Source of the DNA: Octopus sinensis
Taxonomy: Eukaryota
Direction: 5' to 3'
Length of the DNA stretch: 64,000 nt
NCBI RefSeq assembly: GCF_006345805.1
Contig: NC_043009.1
Span: 15,810,001-15,874,000 of the forward strand
In this document: in pieces, positions 12,861 through 26,825 of the stretch
Layout of the letters: every line of letters begins with the position of its first letter
How positions within the stretch are numbered: position 1 is the first letter of the stretch
The notes under the pieces: generated by a model
Told to the model about the DNA's origin: nothing
Database searches by the model: none
What the model saw: only the letters and a program-made list of their open reading frames with translations
Program-made: the position numbers and the translations under genes

Positions 12861-14351
12861 TATGTTTTATTTATTAATTTTATTATATATATATATATAT
12901 TTACATAAACATACATGAGGCAGTGATAGAGACATAGAAAAAGAGACGGAGACGTAAAGAAAGAAAGCAACGGACTTGAAAATTATTGGTGTGTCCTCGA
13001 GAAAGAAATTTTTACATCATATGAATAAGGCAAATTTATTTGACAGGCAAGCAACAGCAAGGCTTACAAGTTCACTTGTTCTATACTCCGGCTATCTCTG
13101 ATTTTATTTGTGTAGATGCAATTATGTATAACATTATAACGCTGGAAATGGGAAATTGTTATGTCCATAGCGTTAGTGTCATAAGACAAGGTATATTCAA
13201 ATTTTAGAAACGACGTCACGGTCTTTGGCTATATAATGATTATATTTGCTTTCAATTCATACAGTGATATTATATTGATCCCTGGTCATGCGTATATAAA
13301 TCACATTTTAATTAACTATGCAAGATAGCTGATACATCCAGCTATATCAAAAGGTTAGTGTGTTCTTTCATTTCGCCAATATCCCATATGAAAGATCAAC
13401 CTTTTGATAAGTTTATAAGAAAATCAACTATTCCTTTACCAGAACCATTCCTACGAGCAGCTCTAAAAGTTTTGTCACTAGTAAAAACCAACAAGTTATA
13501 ATACTACTTTTTAGTTACCTGGCTCCACAAAATTCTGTACTCGATCAACAATATAGATATTGAAGATTTAGAGTCACATCCTTGGTCGAAGAATAAATAA
13601 ATGAAACCTGCCTTCAGAAGTTGTCTAAAAATCAGTCAGTTATTACTTACATATTGCATTTTCAAAAGAAAACCGTGAATATTTTCATTCATTTTGTACA
13701 ATTGCGTGATGTACAATTCCATAGTATTCAAATGCAACATCCCTGCTACACTAATATAAGTACGCATTGGAAAACGAAGGAAAAGGAAAACCAATCTGAA
13801 TGCTGACAATAGTAACATCAATATGGCTGAAAACGTTCCTTGCTCTAAGCATACGTCAACTTCATTACATCTACATCAAAGATAGCGACATGGCAGCTGT
13901 CCAGTATTATACATCATCCTAATTATTAAGACAGCTGCATAATCAGAAACTGCGTTTCGCAATTAGTATTAGTGGCAATATGAAAAGCTGAGAAAACTGG
14001 AAGATTCTGATTGATATATTATTTCTCGCCGTAATAGTTCTCATTTCTCTGAATGTAATGTTGTCATGCAACATCATAAGACAGCAGAGTATTCTTGTGG
14101 TTTCTACCTTAAAAGTAATATTGATTGATACATATATATATTTATGCATGAACATTATTTTTGATATGGAAACAACGTTATTTATATATATATATATATA
14201 TATAACACATACATATGAAAGGGATATATAATATAATTTTATATGTATGCAATATAATTTTTTCTGAAACTTCAGATTTTTAAATATGCTAGACCACTGA
14301 TGTTACATTAATATTAATCAAATTAATATTCAATTTTTCACCCTTATTGTT

Positions 14352-14634
14352 TTACACTTTTACTTGTTTCAGTCATTTGACTCTGGCCATGCTGGAGCAC
14401 CGCCATTCGCCGAGCAAATCGGCCCCAGGACTTATTCTTTGCAAGCCTAGTACTTATTCTATCGGTCTATTTTGCCGAAATGCTAAGTTATACGGGGACG
14501 TAAACACACCACCATCGGTTATCAAGCGATGTTAGGGGTACAAACCCAGACGCACAAACATACACACACACCCACACACACATACACACACACATACACA
14601 CACACACATATATATATATATAAATAAATATAAA

Positions 14635-14729
<95 letters not shown>

Positions 14730-14782
14730 CATACATATATACGACGAGCTTCCTTCAGTTTCAGACCACCAAATCCACTCAC
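14352..14782 (-). mobile_element. SINE family B, 5'-truncated, with internal (TA)n/(CA)n
   Basis: TTACTTGTTTCAGTCATTTGACT..GGCCATGCTGGAGCACCGCC tail and body match 25428-25852. Confidence 0.85.
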
Positions 14783-15205
14783 TGTTATTGCTTAAGAACA
14801 TTCAACATTACGCATAGACACGACTGCATACATATTTACATACATTATAGACGTGTATGTATGTATGTATGTATGTATGTATATGAGCATAAATTACTAC
14901 GCACAGACCCACGCGTATATACTTAAATTTGTCGCTCTTCCCTTACATATGTGTGTGTGTGTGTGTGTATGTGTGTATGTATGTATATACATACATACAT
15001 ATGCGTGTGTGTATGTGTGTGTGTGTATGAATCTATGTAAAATACTAACACGCATATAGCGTCTAAATCAGCGTCGCCCGTTTTGGTAGATCTGCATTGA
15101 ATGTAATCATGAAATATTATATAATATTACATATATACATATATATGACATAATCCAAAATGGAGACGCACACTGATGTTCCATATGATAGGCTTGATAA
15201 TTGGT

Positions 15206-15258
<53 letters not shown>

Positions 15259-15655
15259 TGCTGACAGTGTGGTTAAGATTTACTACTATGAAAGCTATGC
15301 TAATAATTATGATAAATTATATTGCATTGGGGACGATAATATATACGAAACCTGAAATAATATCAGAAAAGTTTAGACACAAAAATGGTATTAATAACTA
15401 TCACAAGTTTAAATGTTATAAGACATAATGATTTATATTATATTGATGTTGCTTGCAATAGTAAAACTGAAATACAAGTAGGTATTCATTGTGGATATAG
15501 TTCCTGAAGTCTCCAAAAAGCGAAAAAAACAAACAACTGATGAAATATATTCAAAGTGAAAAGTGGAAGATGGATAATCTTCGCGTCTTAGTGAAATTAG
15601 TGGAGGAAGAAAATGTAGCGAGTGAATTGTTAAATGTTCATATTTCATGTAAGAT

Positions 15656-16043
15656 ATCTCTCTCTATATAAACGGCAGTTTGGTCTGTGCGTGTTTCTGT
15701 GTGTCTGTTTGCTTGTACCCTCACTCTGACCACGGCTTTCAACCGATTCTGATGAAACTTGACACACACACATAGCCCAATGTCATAATTCAAAACTAAC
15801 GCAGCGAAAATTTTGAAAAGTTCCCCAGTTCTGAAAAAAATCGATAAATTCGACATGGGGTCGAGAATCAGGAACACAAACCACAAACTGTGTAGGGACG
15901 CAACTCCACATTTTTTAACTATCAAAAAAAAAAATTTACCATCATTTTTTTCCATTTTTTTGCTATTTTTTGGCTATAACTCTAAAAATGCTTTATAGTT
16001 ATTTCCCTTACAAACCTGAGCAACGCCAGGCGATACTGCTAGT
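15656..16043 (-). mobile_element. Helentron/Helitron-like non-autonomous element (HINE-type)
   Basis: 5' ACTAGCAGTATCGCCTGGCGTTGCTCAGG, 3' ...CAGACACAC..TTTATATAGAGAGAGAT; 5' part shared with 33103-33499. Confidence 0.65.
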
Positions 16044-16639
16044 TTATTATAAATGGTGAATTAAGACGGACGTATGACTTGACACTAGTGCTGTATGTGA
16101 AGGATAAAAAGAATGATTAGGAAGAAAAAAGTGTGAAATGAGAAATCTATTAAAAGGGCGAGAATGGAAGTCAAAATGATTCTGGTAAGTTAGATGTAAA
16201 AGTAAGCAAAAGAAAGTAGTTCTTTTGGGCATAGTTTCCATATTAACGATGATATATTGAAAACTTATGGAAGATTGCGTAAAAGACAAAGCAGAATAAG
16301 TGACCTGCAGATACTTTGTAAACAATTTAACATTTATCAGTGAGTGTTTTATTCGTTATCTCTTTGCCATGGTCAGTTATTTCTTACTAGAATCACGTGT
16401 TTTACAGGATACCATGAGAAAAACCTCATTACATTATTAAATTCGGGCAGATGGCTTGAAAAGGTCGAGATGGCTTGAAAGCAATAACCGATGGGAGATC
16501 GTCATTGTAGCAAACCAAAAGAATGAAACATAAAGAGGCAAATAATGGAATACAAAACTAAATCGTAACAATGTAAATTTGAATACGGCTGCCATGTTAC
16601 TGTAGTATATATCAAAGAAAAGTTATTAACGTATTGTGG

Positions 16640-16777
16640 TAGGAAGCGAAAATGTGGACAGCAAAATCAAACTCCAAATGATAGATATCAAAGGAGTGAC
16701 GTCATGAAAGTGCAGCAAAACTAATGGTGGTACACCAGCATGTTGACAGCTCTCAAGCACAAACGAGTAAAAGAGTA
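16640..16777 (+). mobile_element. CR1-like LINE 3' stub
   Basis: KMWTAKSNS remnant followed by GGTGGTACACCAGCATG...GAGTAAAAGAGTA tail. Confidence 0.45.
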
Positions 16778-17353
16778 TATGTATGCGTTCGTGCATGTGT
16801 GTGTGTGTGTGTGTCACATAATCTCAGCCCCCTTTAATTTTGCTCCGATTGCTTTCAATTTTGGTGTATCGATGCATCTCCGAATTTTGATTACGGTCAA
16901 CAAATCTCGTAAATTAAAGAATCAGACGTTATTTCGAATTAACGTTGGGAAATTTGGGTAATTTTAGCCAATCAACAGACAGCGTGGCATTAACAGCTTG
17001 TTACCATGACAAGCATGTTGTGTTTTGTTTCACTTCATCCGTACGTTGTGTTGTGTTGATTGTTCACGCAAAGAGATTTACATTATAGAGCTTCATTTAA
17101 GTGAATGAGGTTATTGTGTTACAACTGCTTAAATTTCAGAACGAAATAATCTCTAAGTAGCAGCCTGGTCTGCATTAGATATTTTTCAAAGAATAATTTT
17201 CGAAATTAAATTTGAAAGAATACAAAAATAAAATTAGCGTAAAGTTTTACCGCATATTGAATATTTCTTAATTTTTTTAGAATCTGTAATAATATAAAAC
17301 CAAATTTTTACAGGTTTTACTTAATAGAAACGAAAAAAGAAAAATATAATCTT

Positions 17354-17929
17354 CTCTACTCTAGGCACAAGGTCCGAAATTTTAGGGGAGGGGGTTAGTC
17401 GATTAGATCGCGCCCCAGTTCGCAACTGGTACTTAATTTATCGACCCCGAAAGGGTGAAAGGGAAAGTTGACCTCAGCGGAATTTGAACTGAGAACAGCG
17501 GCAGAAGAAATACCTATTTCTTTACTATCCACAAGGGCCTAAACACAGAGAGGACAAACAAGGACAGACAAACGGATTAAGTCGATTATATCGACCCCAG
17601 TGCCTAGCTTCTACTTATTTAATCGACCCCGAAAGGATGAAAGGCAAAGTCGACCTCGGCGGAATTTGAACTCAGAACGTAACGGCAGAGGAAATACCTA
17701 TTTCTTTACTACCCACAAGGGCTAAACACAGAGAGGACAAACAAGGACAGACAAAGGATGAAGTCGATTATATCGACCCCAGTGCGTAACTGGTACTTCA
17801 TTTATCGACCGCAAAAGAATGAAAGGCAAAGTCGACCTCGGCGGAATTTGAACTCAGAACGTAGCGGCAGACGAAATACTGCTAAGCATTTTGCCCGGCG
17901 TGCTATCGTTTCTGCCAGCTCGCCGCCTT
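17354..17929 (-). mobile_element. SINE family A tandem trimer (period about 182 bp)
   Basis: GTCGATT..ATCG..CCCAGT recurs at 17398, 17581 and 17763; a spacer CTATTTCTTTACTA.CCACAAGGG.CTAAACACAGAGAGGACAAACAAGGACAGACAAA occurs twice. Confidence 0.9.
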
Positions 17930-18086
17930 AAAAGAAAATTATATTTCATTTCAAACGGTGGAAACAAAATATATAAGCAGAAATTATAATGACCAACATT
18001 CTTTTCTTTTCTAGAAATCTATTTTACACACACAAACATGTTTGTGTGGGTGTGTGTGGGTGTGTATGTGTGTGCATGTGTGTGTT

Positions 18087-18124
<38 letters not shown>

Positions 18125-19619
18125 CATACATGTATGCAGCAAGTGAATTGAAAGTTATGGATTTCTTTGGGCAGATTCTAACACATAGCTCGATGTCATA
18201 CTTTTCTACACGTATCAAGAAGATAATCTTTTATAGCCAAATATAAAAAAGAAAAAAAGTTAAAATTTGAAATTAGAACATAATTTTTATTCAAGACAAT
18301 TAATTTTCTTTTCACATTGAAGGTAATTTCAAAAATAGCTATTCTAAAATAAGATCTATTCCAGCATTAGCTTTGCAGGTGTAAGCGACTATTTCTTGTA
18401 AGTATTCCAGCTTCCCTAGTTGATTAAAATTAACAAAATTTCGAACCTAAAATATAGCATGTGATATGCTAATTCTTTGCTGTAATACATTTGGTAGTTA
18501 TACTCCAAAACTTATTGAAATATATAATGTTCCCAGTACTTTATGAACATTCAAAATATACCTAAAAACAGCCAGAATATAACTGAATCTGCTTTTAATC
18601 ATATCCCGAGCTTATGCAGTTTTACTTTTCAAATATATGGCTGGAGCTTCCACGTTTGCATATAGCATCAACTCTCTGAGATGAATATTTTCAGATGATT
18701 CAATAGATTTTCAATAGTAGAAATCCATTCATTTCATGACGTAGCGAAAAAATTTTCCATGAATTTTCGCAGCTGTCAATTATTGAAGTACTTTTAAGGG
18801 ATGTGTTGCATAAGAAGTTAGCAACTGAATGCAAATTAAAGAAATAGTGATGGCAGGATATGTGACGAGGAAATAAATGTGAGATGTCAGCAGTGCATCG
18901 GAAACAATAATGTTCCTTGATGTAGTAACCGTATCCTGGGGAGTATTGATCAAGAGATACCCATTACTCTATTATTACGATATTTTAATTCTCAAATGTA
19001 TTTTGATGTATACCAACGACAAGAAATGCGCGTCACGTTAAATAAACCGGCTGGTGCTAGACCAAGCCGTTAGGAAAAGGACTTGACCCTTTCAATCTTT
19101 TCAATCTCCCAGTAACAGCCCGATCGCAATTTCCTATAATAAAGCCAATCATGATAGTACGATGCGGTATCCGTCAAAAATGAGCAAGTCGTTCAATGTC
19201 ATCAATTGTAGAATTTTCATGTCTAATGAATTCCATACCTGACAGATGCTGCAATTTAATTAAGTAAAATTTACAATACACTCAATGTTGACCACTGACT
19301 ACGTTTTGCTAAAAAAGAAATCAATTATATTGTTAATAATACGAGTTTTGATTTCTAAACCTGAATATATTTTGCCGTGAGATATGTACGTAGAAGGAAA
19401 ATTAAAGCGCATTGAAATAAAAGAAAATACTGACATATGGCTAATGTATATAAAGGCAAATTCATACACTTTATATAGCTTCAATATACATTTTAATATG
19501 TTTTATATTGTGTTTGTCGACCGGTTTCGCTTACGCCAATCATGGCATTGAAATTATTATGATTTCGTATTTTCTTCCGCAGATTTGTATCCATGCTGTG
19601 TTTGGAGAAGTTTATGAAT

Positions 19620-22507
19620 GAATGATTTAACAAGTAGACAAATCTAAGAGGTGGTAATTGGTGATTGTTATTATTGGGAATAGGGGAGTTCCTATTGGAA
19701 CGTGATAAAAAAATAATAAGGCAGAAATATATGAAAAATGGATTGACTCAACACCATTAATTCTACCAAGCAAAGTACAAATCAAACCAATCCCACAAAA
19801 GCCCGAACAACAAATACATTTTAGGGAGAAATTAGCACTAGAGAAAAGGAAAGTAGAGATTGAGTTACTTAAACTTAGACCTCGAATAACGAGCAAAAAT
19901 ATAAAACGATCAATGAAATACACACCGAACTCACTAAACAGGCTGATGTACAACTGTTGGAAAGTGTTATAAAACTATAGAAAGACAGCTGTGAATCGGA
20001 AGAAATCAATTCCCTGTAACAGTGGGAAAACAGCGTTAATTTTCTCTTTAGTTACGAACATCAGTTTAAAAGGAACTACATTTCTTATAACCGCTTCCTT
20101 AAAAAATCTAAAACAAATACACCTACGGAAATAAATAAACGTCCAATTAGATCAAACTATAAAAGACACCAAACCAACTTCTCACTTAGAAGTGTGCCGT
20201 TCTCAATCTAGTAATAAGGACAACTCACTAATAAAAAATACGAGAAGAAACCAACCTAGGATTAGGAGTAATTATATTCTTCCCTGCAACTAGAAACGTC
20301 CAGGGGACTTCTTCTCCTCATCGAAAAAACTCAACCTGCGGAATTTCAGCCTATTTACTCAGAAACGCCAACTCCTTAGCATCTCAGACCTAATTAAGCA
20401 GCCGCCACCCATCAATTTATTCCAACGAACAAACCCGAACCACGTACTTCCAAGCAATTTACCCAGACAGCAACTCCACCCTCTCAGCAATCCTAAAATA
20501 ATTAATAACAATAATAACACTGATTACTTCTACCAACTAAATTACAGTGGACATCTTTCAGACCGAGTGGAGAGAAAAAGGGACACACGTTGGAAGAAAA
20601 CATACAGAAGAAACCAAGAGTAATAAATTTATCAAAGAAAACTCCTCTCTCTGCAACAAAAATTAGTAAAATTAGTATACTAGCTAAAGGATTAGAATTT
20701 ACCCCTACCTCATGAAGATCTAACCAAAGTGGAATTAAAGACAATACTTAGGAATTCTGCATAAAACTACGACTCACAGAAGCACCAACAACAACTAGGA
20801 TAAATCACTGGTTAAAAACAGAAGTAATTATCTTCCACCTGAAGGTAAGGATAAAACACTAGATTACCTTTGCGACTATATCCAAAATTTCCCAAATACT
20901 TTTCGTAAGCGAAAATTTAATTCAAACCTCAACAATCTAGAATGGAAAAATCTGACAATTAAAGTAGTAGACAACGGAAGTGTTGTAGACACAAAATACT
21001 ACAAAAACTTAGTATTATCCATGCTTGAAAACGATACCGTCTACGGAAATGTTGTAAACTGTAAACAACAAAAAACAATGAAAAACCTTGCTTTCTTAAT
21101 ACGTCTATATGGAAATGGCCTGACAGAAAAAAAGTAGGTTATATCACGAATCTTAAATATGAATCTAGTCTTTTCTACGGCCGACCTAAAATACACAAAA
21201 CCATAAGAGTTAATGAAGCCTGCAGACAATCACCAGGCAAATGCATAAATATCCAAGCGCCAGAAGACTTAAAGTTAAGATTCATTATAGCTGGCCCAGC
21301 CTGTGAAACCCACTACCTTAGCAATTTCTTAGACACCCTAATGTAACCCTTGCTGAAATACATCAAAGTTTCATTAGAGACGATCTAGACATGCTAGGGC
21401 ACCTAAAAAAAACCAACTAAATAAGAGGCATTATAGGTTTCCTTCGATGTTAGTAATCTTTACACCTAAATCCCACATAACTATGGCATAGAAGCAATAA
21501 CATTCTGGTTGGAAAAGTACCCCGAAGTTATTCCGGAAAGCATAAACTAGGTCTTTATAATTGAATCTTTAAAAGTTATACTTCAGAAAAAATATTTCCT
21601 ATTCGATGACACTCACTATCCTCAAAAATGCGGAATTGCGATGGGAACGAAAACAGCACTTGTTCTTGCAAACCTAATAATGGGTTATTTTAAACTCCCT
21701 ATATAAAAACTGTTACTGCAAAAATATAGATATCCATTTCAACATTATATAGGAGAGAACTGGAAAAAATACATGGATGACTGCATTATCATTTGGAAGG
21801 AGACCATTGATAAACTATTGGAATTCAAATCATTACTAAATAATATAAGCCCTAACGTTCAATTCACAATGAAATATAACAAAAAATAGCCCCCTTTCTT
21901 GGATATTATGATAATAATACTCAACAACCAAATTTATCATAAATCAACGAAGTCGAAGCAAGCAATATCTCCCGTTTAGCTCATGCTGCCTGAAACATTT
22001 CAACAGAAATATCTCGTTAAAGCCCATAAAATAATAAATAAGCAATGGAAAACCCAAATCCGTAAAAAAACTTACTCACCAATGCAACATTACCCAATAC
22101 AAGCCATCGTCAAAAAATGTAGTTGCTTTGGGGGACCTGCATCCACCTCATTGAAGGAACAATATTTAAATTCCAATGAGAACACTCTTTTGTCATAAAA
22201 AATAACTTCACCTGCGCATCAAATAATTCCTTTATGCCATTAGGTGTCAAGGGTGCCACAAAGAATACATAGGGCAAACTAGTCTTACCTCAGAGATAGG
22301 ATGAAAGTCTAGCGCCAATAATTGAGTGATTCCAACAAAAGACAGATACCACTTAGTGGTCACTTAGATGTTTGTGCACAAGATAAGTCCCCCACATTCA
22401 TAGTTTTCCCACTATACCAGTGCCCAGACAGCACAACTTTTCAAACACGGATAGATAAGAAAAATATCCTTATTCAAAAATACAGAGCCCAACTGAACAT
22501 ACTCTAA
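19620..22507 (+). pseudogene. PLE RT-GIY-YIG polyprotein pseudogene
   Basis: Same motifs as above with many stops and frameshifts; ORF 22322-22507 is the endonuclease C-terminus. Confidence 0.85.
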
Positions 22508-22509
22508 CA

Positions 22510-23790
22510 TCTCAAAAAATATACTAGGACTGCCGACACAAACACAATACCTGAACCCCTACCCGTCAGGTACACATCTACAACAAACACAGATGTACAA
22601 ATACACACACACACAAATACAATGCACCCCACACACACACACACGCACAAGCACAATATCCACACTCTGAAGCACAAATATATAAATTTCAAGAAAAAAA
22701 TACACATATATTTACATGCAATATGATTCTAGCAATCACAACAAACACACACATACATGCACAAATACATAGACACGTACATGCACACACTTACACACAC
22801 CGCCCTGATAATTACAAGACACACTCACACAAATACACTCACACATACACAGATACACACACAAATACAACACAACCCACACACATACGTACATACACAC
22901 ACACACACACACACAATATGTCCATTTTCCCAGTAAAAATCACACACTCAAAGAAAAAACACACGCAATACGATTCCAACAATCACAATAAGCACTCACA
23001 GACACACACAACACATACACGCATACACACACATAAGTACATACACGGATACAATAACACACGCCACCCTGACAAATACAAGACTCACTGACACAAACAC
23101 GCCCACACGTATACACACACACTGCTCAAGCAATACAAATAAAACTCAGAAAAATAAACCCAAACATAAGCACACACCACACACAAAAATAACACAAACA
23201 CATACGCACGCGCATGCACACATACACACACACTTCGCCACAACAAATATAGCACACACACATGCACACACCCCAAAAAATTACATGAACCACACCCACA
23301 TATACACACATACACGCACAAACGCATATTCAGTACAAACACGTACTGTACATACACACATATACACACCTCCCTGTTAAACGTAACACACACGGACACA
23401 CACCGAACCCCTGACAAATACAACACACTCACACACAGATACAAACTCACACACACATACATACACATGCACGTCTACACACATACGTATGCGCGCACAC
23501 ACACAAACAAACACATACACACACGCACACACACAGCACTCTGACAAATGTAAATCACACACACACACAAACGTGCACACATATACACGCACCACCGTGC
23601 TAAATATAAAACACATGCATATAGACTCATACACAAACACACCGTACCGAGCTCTAAGACTAGTCAAAAAACCACACACACATCCAGAAGCATATATATA
23701 TACACACATAGAACTATGCACACACACAAACACACTCACGCCATCTTGAACTCTAAGACCTGTCCCAAAACCACTGAACCATGACAGACT
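22510..23790. repeat. CA-rich cryptic minisatellite inside the PLE 3' region
   Basis: Module (A)CCCTGACAAATACAA and variants recur at about 22800, 23065, 23408 and 23538 within degenerate (CA)n. Confidence 0.7.
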
Positions 23791-24408
23791 AGCCCAGAAA
23801 CAAAAGAAACCTTTTGATTCCACAAACTATTCGAAATCAGATCATGTGAATCCTTTCCCCCACCAACCAAAACCCCATAATATTTCTAAAAATAGCAACC
23901 ATCCTTGCCAAACACACATACAAGAGTGGAGAGGAAGAGAAAAGTTTGGCCATTCCCCTAAAATTCTGTATAAATACTTGAATATGATTGCTGATGAAGT
24001 TTTGACTAAGCAATACAAGCTTTCTCCTATGAAATACTGTCTCTAAATTCTTTCTGTATCTATGCTTATATTATCAATCATGATTATTGAAGAACTTATA
24101 AATAATTATGAATATATTTTACTACCGATTTTTTGAAGACTTTTATATAATCTGTTTAAACACGAAGACCCTCTTCACATTTTCTTATCATTGTCAAAGT
24201 CTCTATTACTGTATGTTAATGCATCTATGTTAACCATTTTCTAACACCACAAAGGCTACAAAAAACTGGATATTTTATTTTGAAAATCTTTTTAAAAAAA
24301 GTAAAGCCAATAAACATTTTTAAAAGATCTCTGCATTTTCACGTCCTCTTCCTTGTATATTTTCACTCCTGCGGTACCTTCTAATTCTCTCTCTATATAT
24401 ATATATAT

Positions 24409-24801
24409 TACTCTTTACTCTTTTACTTGTTTTAGTCATGTAACTATGGCCATGCTGGAGCACCGCCTTTAGTCGAGCAAATCGACCCCAGGACTTATTC
24501 TATCGGTCTCTTTTGCCGAACTGGAGACGGATATGTAAACACGCCAACATCGGTTGTCAAGCGATGTTGGGGAGACAAACACAGACACACAAATATATAC
24601 ACACACATGCATATATACATATATATATACATATATACGACGAGCTTCTTTCAGTTTCCGTCTACCATATCCACTCCCAAGGCTTTGGTCGGCCCGAGGT
24701 TATAGTAGAAGACACTTGCCCATGGTACCACGCAGTGGAACTGAACCCATGACCACGTGGTTTGTAAGCAAGCGACTTACCACACAGCGACTCTTACGCC
24801 T
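24409..24801 (-). mobile_element. SINE family B, near full length
   Basis: Reverse complement of 25428-25852, including the (GAGTAAAA)n tail. Confidence 0.9.
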
Positions 24802-24875
24802 ACACACACACACATATATATATATTACTGGCCGTGCCCCAGAGCTGACTCATATAGATGAATAAAAGAAAATAC

Positions 24876-24930
<55 letters not shown>

Positions 24931-24974
24931 ATATATATATAATAAATTAATAAATAAAACATATACATATATAC

Positions 24975-25320
24975 ATGCATATACGTACGTACCCACCTCT
25001 TCATGTATATATACATGCATATATGGGTACACGACACCCAAAAAACGTCGAACACAATGAGAAACGAAAACATAAACACAAAACCAAGGAAATGAACATT
25101 TTTCTTAAACAACGAAAAAATAGAGTACAGGACATACAAAACAAGTAAAATTTCCCTTCTTCAGTCGCCTTTGTTTCGAAGGTCAAGGCGATACATGACT
25201 TTAATGAAACAATCCTTCCCGCGAAAATCAAATTAAATAAAATTTAAGATTTTTTTGCGGAGGGGTAAAAATGGTAACAAAAGCAGGACAGTAACGACAG
25301 TACACATACATAAATATAGA
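24975..25320 (-). repeat. Dispersed repeat of unknown class (shares sequence with 12690-12860)
   Basis: Pairwise similarity within the window; ORFs 24825-25139 and 12724-12918 are near-identical translations. Confidence 0.65.
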
Positions 25321-25339
25321 TAGATTGATAGATAGATAT

Positions 25340-25378
<39 letters not shown>

Positions 25379-25396
25379 CATACATACATACATACA

Positions 25397-25427
<31 letters not shown>

Positions 25428-25428
<1 letters not shown>

Positions 25429-25852
25429 GGCGCAGGAGTGGCTGTGTGGTAAGTAGCTTGCTAACCAACCACATGGTTCCGGGTTCAGTCCCACTGCGTG
25501 GCATCTTGGGCAAATGTCTTCTGCTATAGCCCCGGGCCGACCAATGCCTTGTGAGTGGATTTGGTAGACCGAAACTGAACGAAGCCTGTCGTATATATGT
25601 ATATATATATGTATGTATGTATGTATGTGTGTGTATATGTTTGTGTGTTTGTCCCTCTAGCATTGCTTGACAACCGATGCTGGTGTGTTTACGTCCCCGT
25701 CACTTAGCGATTCGGCAAAAGAGACCGATAGAATAAGTACTGGGCTTACAAAGAATAAGTCCCGGGGTCGATTTGGTCGACTAAAGGCGGTGCTCCAGCA
25801 TGACCGCAGTCAAATGACTGAAACAACTAAAAGAGTAAAAGAGTAAAGAGTA
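25428..25852 (+). mobile_element. SINE family B, full length
   Basis: tRNA-like head GGCGCAGGAGTGGCTGTGTGGTAAG..GGGTTCAGTCCC, central microsatellite, tail GGCGGTGCTCCAGCATG..CTGAAACAACTAAAAGAGTAAAAGAGTA. Confidence 0.92.
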
Positions 25853-26600
25853 TATATAAATATAGATAGATAGATGATAATTTAAGAGCCGTCCATAACC
25901 CTCCTTTAATGAACTAAATTTCTGCCTAACATTTGCTAATATCGGAATTACCCGATGTCAATAAAATCATCTCCAGTGACATTAAGTGTTAATGCAGTCA
26001 CTAAATATTCAGCGCTGCACTGAAACATTCTAGAGAAACTGCACTGAAGATAAAATTTCGACGCTGCTTAAAGTTTCGTGAGCTCTGTAGCATATACGTA
26101 GTTCACTCAGTTTGCTCGTTGTCAAACGGCTAATTATGTCTATAGTAAACCTTCAAAGCAGGTTCATGACTTCAATATGTGTGTATGTGTGTGTGTGCGT
26201 GAGTATGTGTATGTTTATGTGTACACATATGCATACACAAACCTGCATACAGACACAAGCTCACATACGTATGTATATGTGTGTGTCTATGCATATATAT
26301 ATATATATATATATATATTAGGAAAGATATACCGGGTAGGAAAAATTATAGAAATTATTTCTACTACTGGCCTAGCATGCAGAAAATATTCAATAGACTA
26401 TATATTACTCATATAAAATTAATGTACATTTAAACACATAACTTGTCAAATCCACCGCGCAAGCGCGTTTTTTGTCGGTAGCAAATGAAATGCCGACTTA
26501 CTTCAAAATTAATAAAATCATACTGGTCCTTCAGATATGCAATGTGTTCTGTCAAGACACCACTTATGTGCTTAAATGTACACTAATTTTATACATATAG

Positions 26601-26646
<46 letters not shown>

Positions 26647-26649
<3 letters not shown>

Positions 26650-26769
26650 TATTGGCCTGCTCGCTTAGCCAGCGGGGTGGCGTCATTCGAAGGCTAAAAC
26701 AAAGCGAACGCATTGTGACCAGCAGTGTGTAACTACATCTGATGGACTGGTCGGTCACGTGATCACGTG

Positions 26770-26770
<1 letters not shown>
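26647..26770 (+). repeat. Short interspersed repeat ending in (CACGTGAT)2, probably a LINE/SINE 3' end
   Basis: GC-rich island between (TA)n tracts with a short tandem tail; family assignment is from recall only. Confidence 0.45.

Positions 26771-26824
<54 letters not shown>

Positions 26825-26825
<1 letters not shown>

Larger units (their letters stand above)
19480..24390 (+). mobile_element. Near full-length decayed Penelope-like element (RT plus C-terminal GIY-YIG, Naiad/Neptune-like)
   Basis: Frameshifted ORF remnants in order: IYEKWIDSTPLILP, KGLEFTPT, FYGRPKIHK, VSFDVSNLYT, GIAMGTK, YMDDC, PFLDI, KKC..TCIH, IRCQG, SGHLDVC..FPLYQC..IQKYRAQLN; the 3' boundary is approximate. Confidence 0.9.

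Noticed and set aside
23985-24020. ATTG-CTGATGA-AGT TTTG ACT-AAG-CAAT in the PLE 3' region
   Set aside because: The GAAAC..GUH half is missing; at best a deleted remnant
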